64,000 nt of DNA from Tubiluchus corallicola (Eukaryota > Animalia > Priapulida). The stretch lies in the NCBI GenBank assembly GCA_030141605.1, contig JAQGDQ010002402.1, positions 19,194-83,193 on the forward strand, in the 5' to 3' direction. Positions 63,258-64,000 of the stretch are shown here, piece after piece. The notes below the pieces were generated by a model. That model saw only the letters and a program-made list of their open reading frames with translations. It did not search any database and was not told the DNA's origin. Both the position numbers and the translations under genes were made by a program. Position 1 is the first letter of the stretch, and the number at the start of each line of letters is the position of its first letter.

Positions 63258-64000
63258 GATATTAGATAGACCTTGAAGATTTAAAAGTTCCAAATGTAAT
63301 TACAGAACTTATTATTTACAAATTTTTTGTTCCTTTTATTTGTTGCAACAAATTGTAACAAATTGCAACAATTAAGATTTAAAGAACTAAGAGACAAATA
63401 CAATCAAAATACCTACCATACAAAAACATTCTCTTTGATAGAAAAAAAATGTAATGAATTACTTAAAAACGATACCCAAACTTCACCCGAATTAACCAAG
63501 TTTGAAAATAACAACTTCACCCAAATTAACCCCTTATATATAGAGTTAAAACAGGTGAAGTATTGCCAAGTTACTAACATAGATATTTCACACCAAAAAG
63601 AGGGGAGTAGTTTTGTTTATGTAACCACACTCAAACAACTATACAAACAAGATAGACACGCCTACAAACATTTAGAGAGAAACTACCTAAAACCACATTG
63701 GAGAACAAAACCCTTAGATATTCAAATGTTAGAAATAGCCCACAATATACGTAACCAGTATTTCAACAAAAGAAACAACAAAAAACGGAGGGTAGGAGAC
63801 TTAACTCATCACCTTAGATTATTTTAATAGTTATATTTAACTGTAAATTGATTATATTTGTATTATGAATGCCAAAGACAAAATAAAAGAACCTCAACAC
63901 CTATCTACAATTATATACTATTCTGTTAATTGCCCTTTGTGGTGGTTTGATGACAATTTATGAAAAAGAAGATATATTTTATAACTATTCTTTTATTGTA
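63216..64000 (+). repeat. Right arm of large inverted repeat
   Basis: Reverse complement of 58666-59450. Confidence 0.95.
63327..63827 (+). CDS. Copy 2 of the 166-aa hypothetical protein
   Basis: Differs from copy 1 at G/N, L/R and R/K. Confidence 0.4.
   Translation: MFLLFVATNCNKLQQLRFKELRDKYNQNTYHTKTFSLIEKKCNELLKNDTQTSPELTKFENNNFTQINPLYIELKQVKYCQVTNIDISHQKEGSSFVYVTTLKQLYKQDRHAYKHLERNYLKPHWRTKPLDIQMLEIAHNIRNQYFNKRNNKKRRVGDLTHHLRLF

Larger units (their letters stand above)
55730..64000. mobile_element. Decayed tRNA-Val-adjacent island (phage-satellite or integrative-element remnant); right end not resolved
   Basis: Abrupt switch to small unknown ORFs, 23-bp direct repeat at 55739/61829, large inverted repeat; no integrase seen in the window. 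Confidence 0.6.

Noticed and set aside
58666-64000. Composite transposon made of two IS copies
   Set aside because: The 166-aa ORF in the arms shows no DDE or HUH transposase motif, and I found no terminal inverted repeats or target duplication.

Overview
AT-rich Bacteroidota chromosome segment, judged from the gene set, the TAnnTTTG -7 promoters and lipoproteins with an acidic export signal. Most of it is housekeeping genes (fabI, recF, ribH, holA, menC/E, grpE-dnaJ, leuACD, pheS, pnp, rpsO, purC, rsmE, rarA, ung, folC, tRNA-Arg, tRNA-Val). Four accessory regions interrupt them. (1) 26.4-30.4 kb: a minimal type VI CRISPR locus with a single 875-aa effector carrying two terminal HEPN motifs (RNYFSH, RNAAFH). 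It lies next to an array of 7 x 36-nt repeats and 6 x 30-nt spacers whose hairpin resembles Cas13b/Cas13bt repeats. There is no cas1/cas2/csx27/csx28, and ~100-bp direct repeats bracket the locus. This is the best candidate for an undescribed system. (2) 4.6-11.2 kb: three tandem GLUG-type (GGLVG) repeat lipoproteins with constant ends and shuffled internal cassettes. (3) 14.3-18.5 kb: two tandem LRR lipoproteins that differ almost only at binding-face residues, set among repeated terminators and a 40-unit heptamer tract. (4) 55.7-64 kb: a decayed element next to tRNA-Val, with a c4/CI-like structured RNA, small gene cassettes and a >=785-bp inverted repeat that encloses an outer-membrane receptor and a LacI regulator. 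All family assignments come from motif recognition only; no searches were run.
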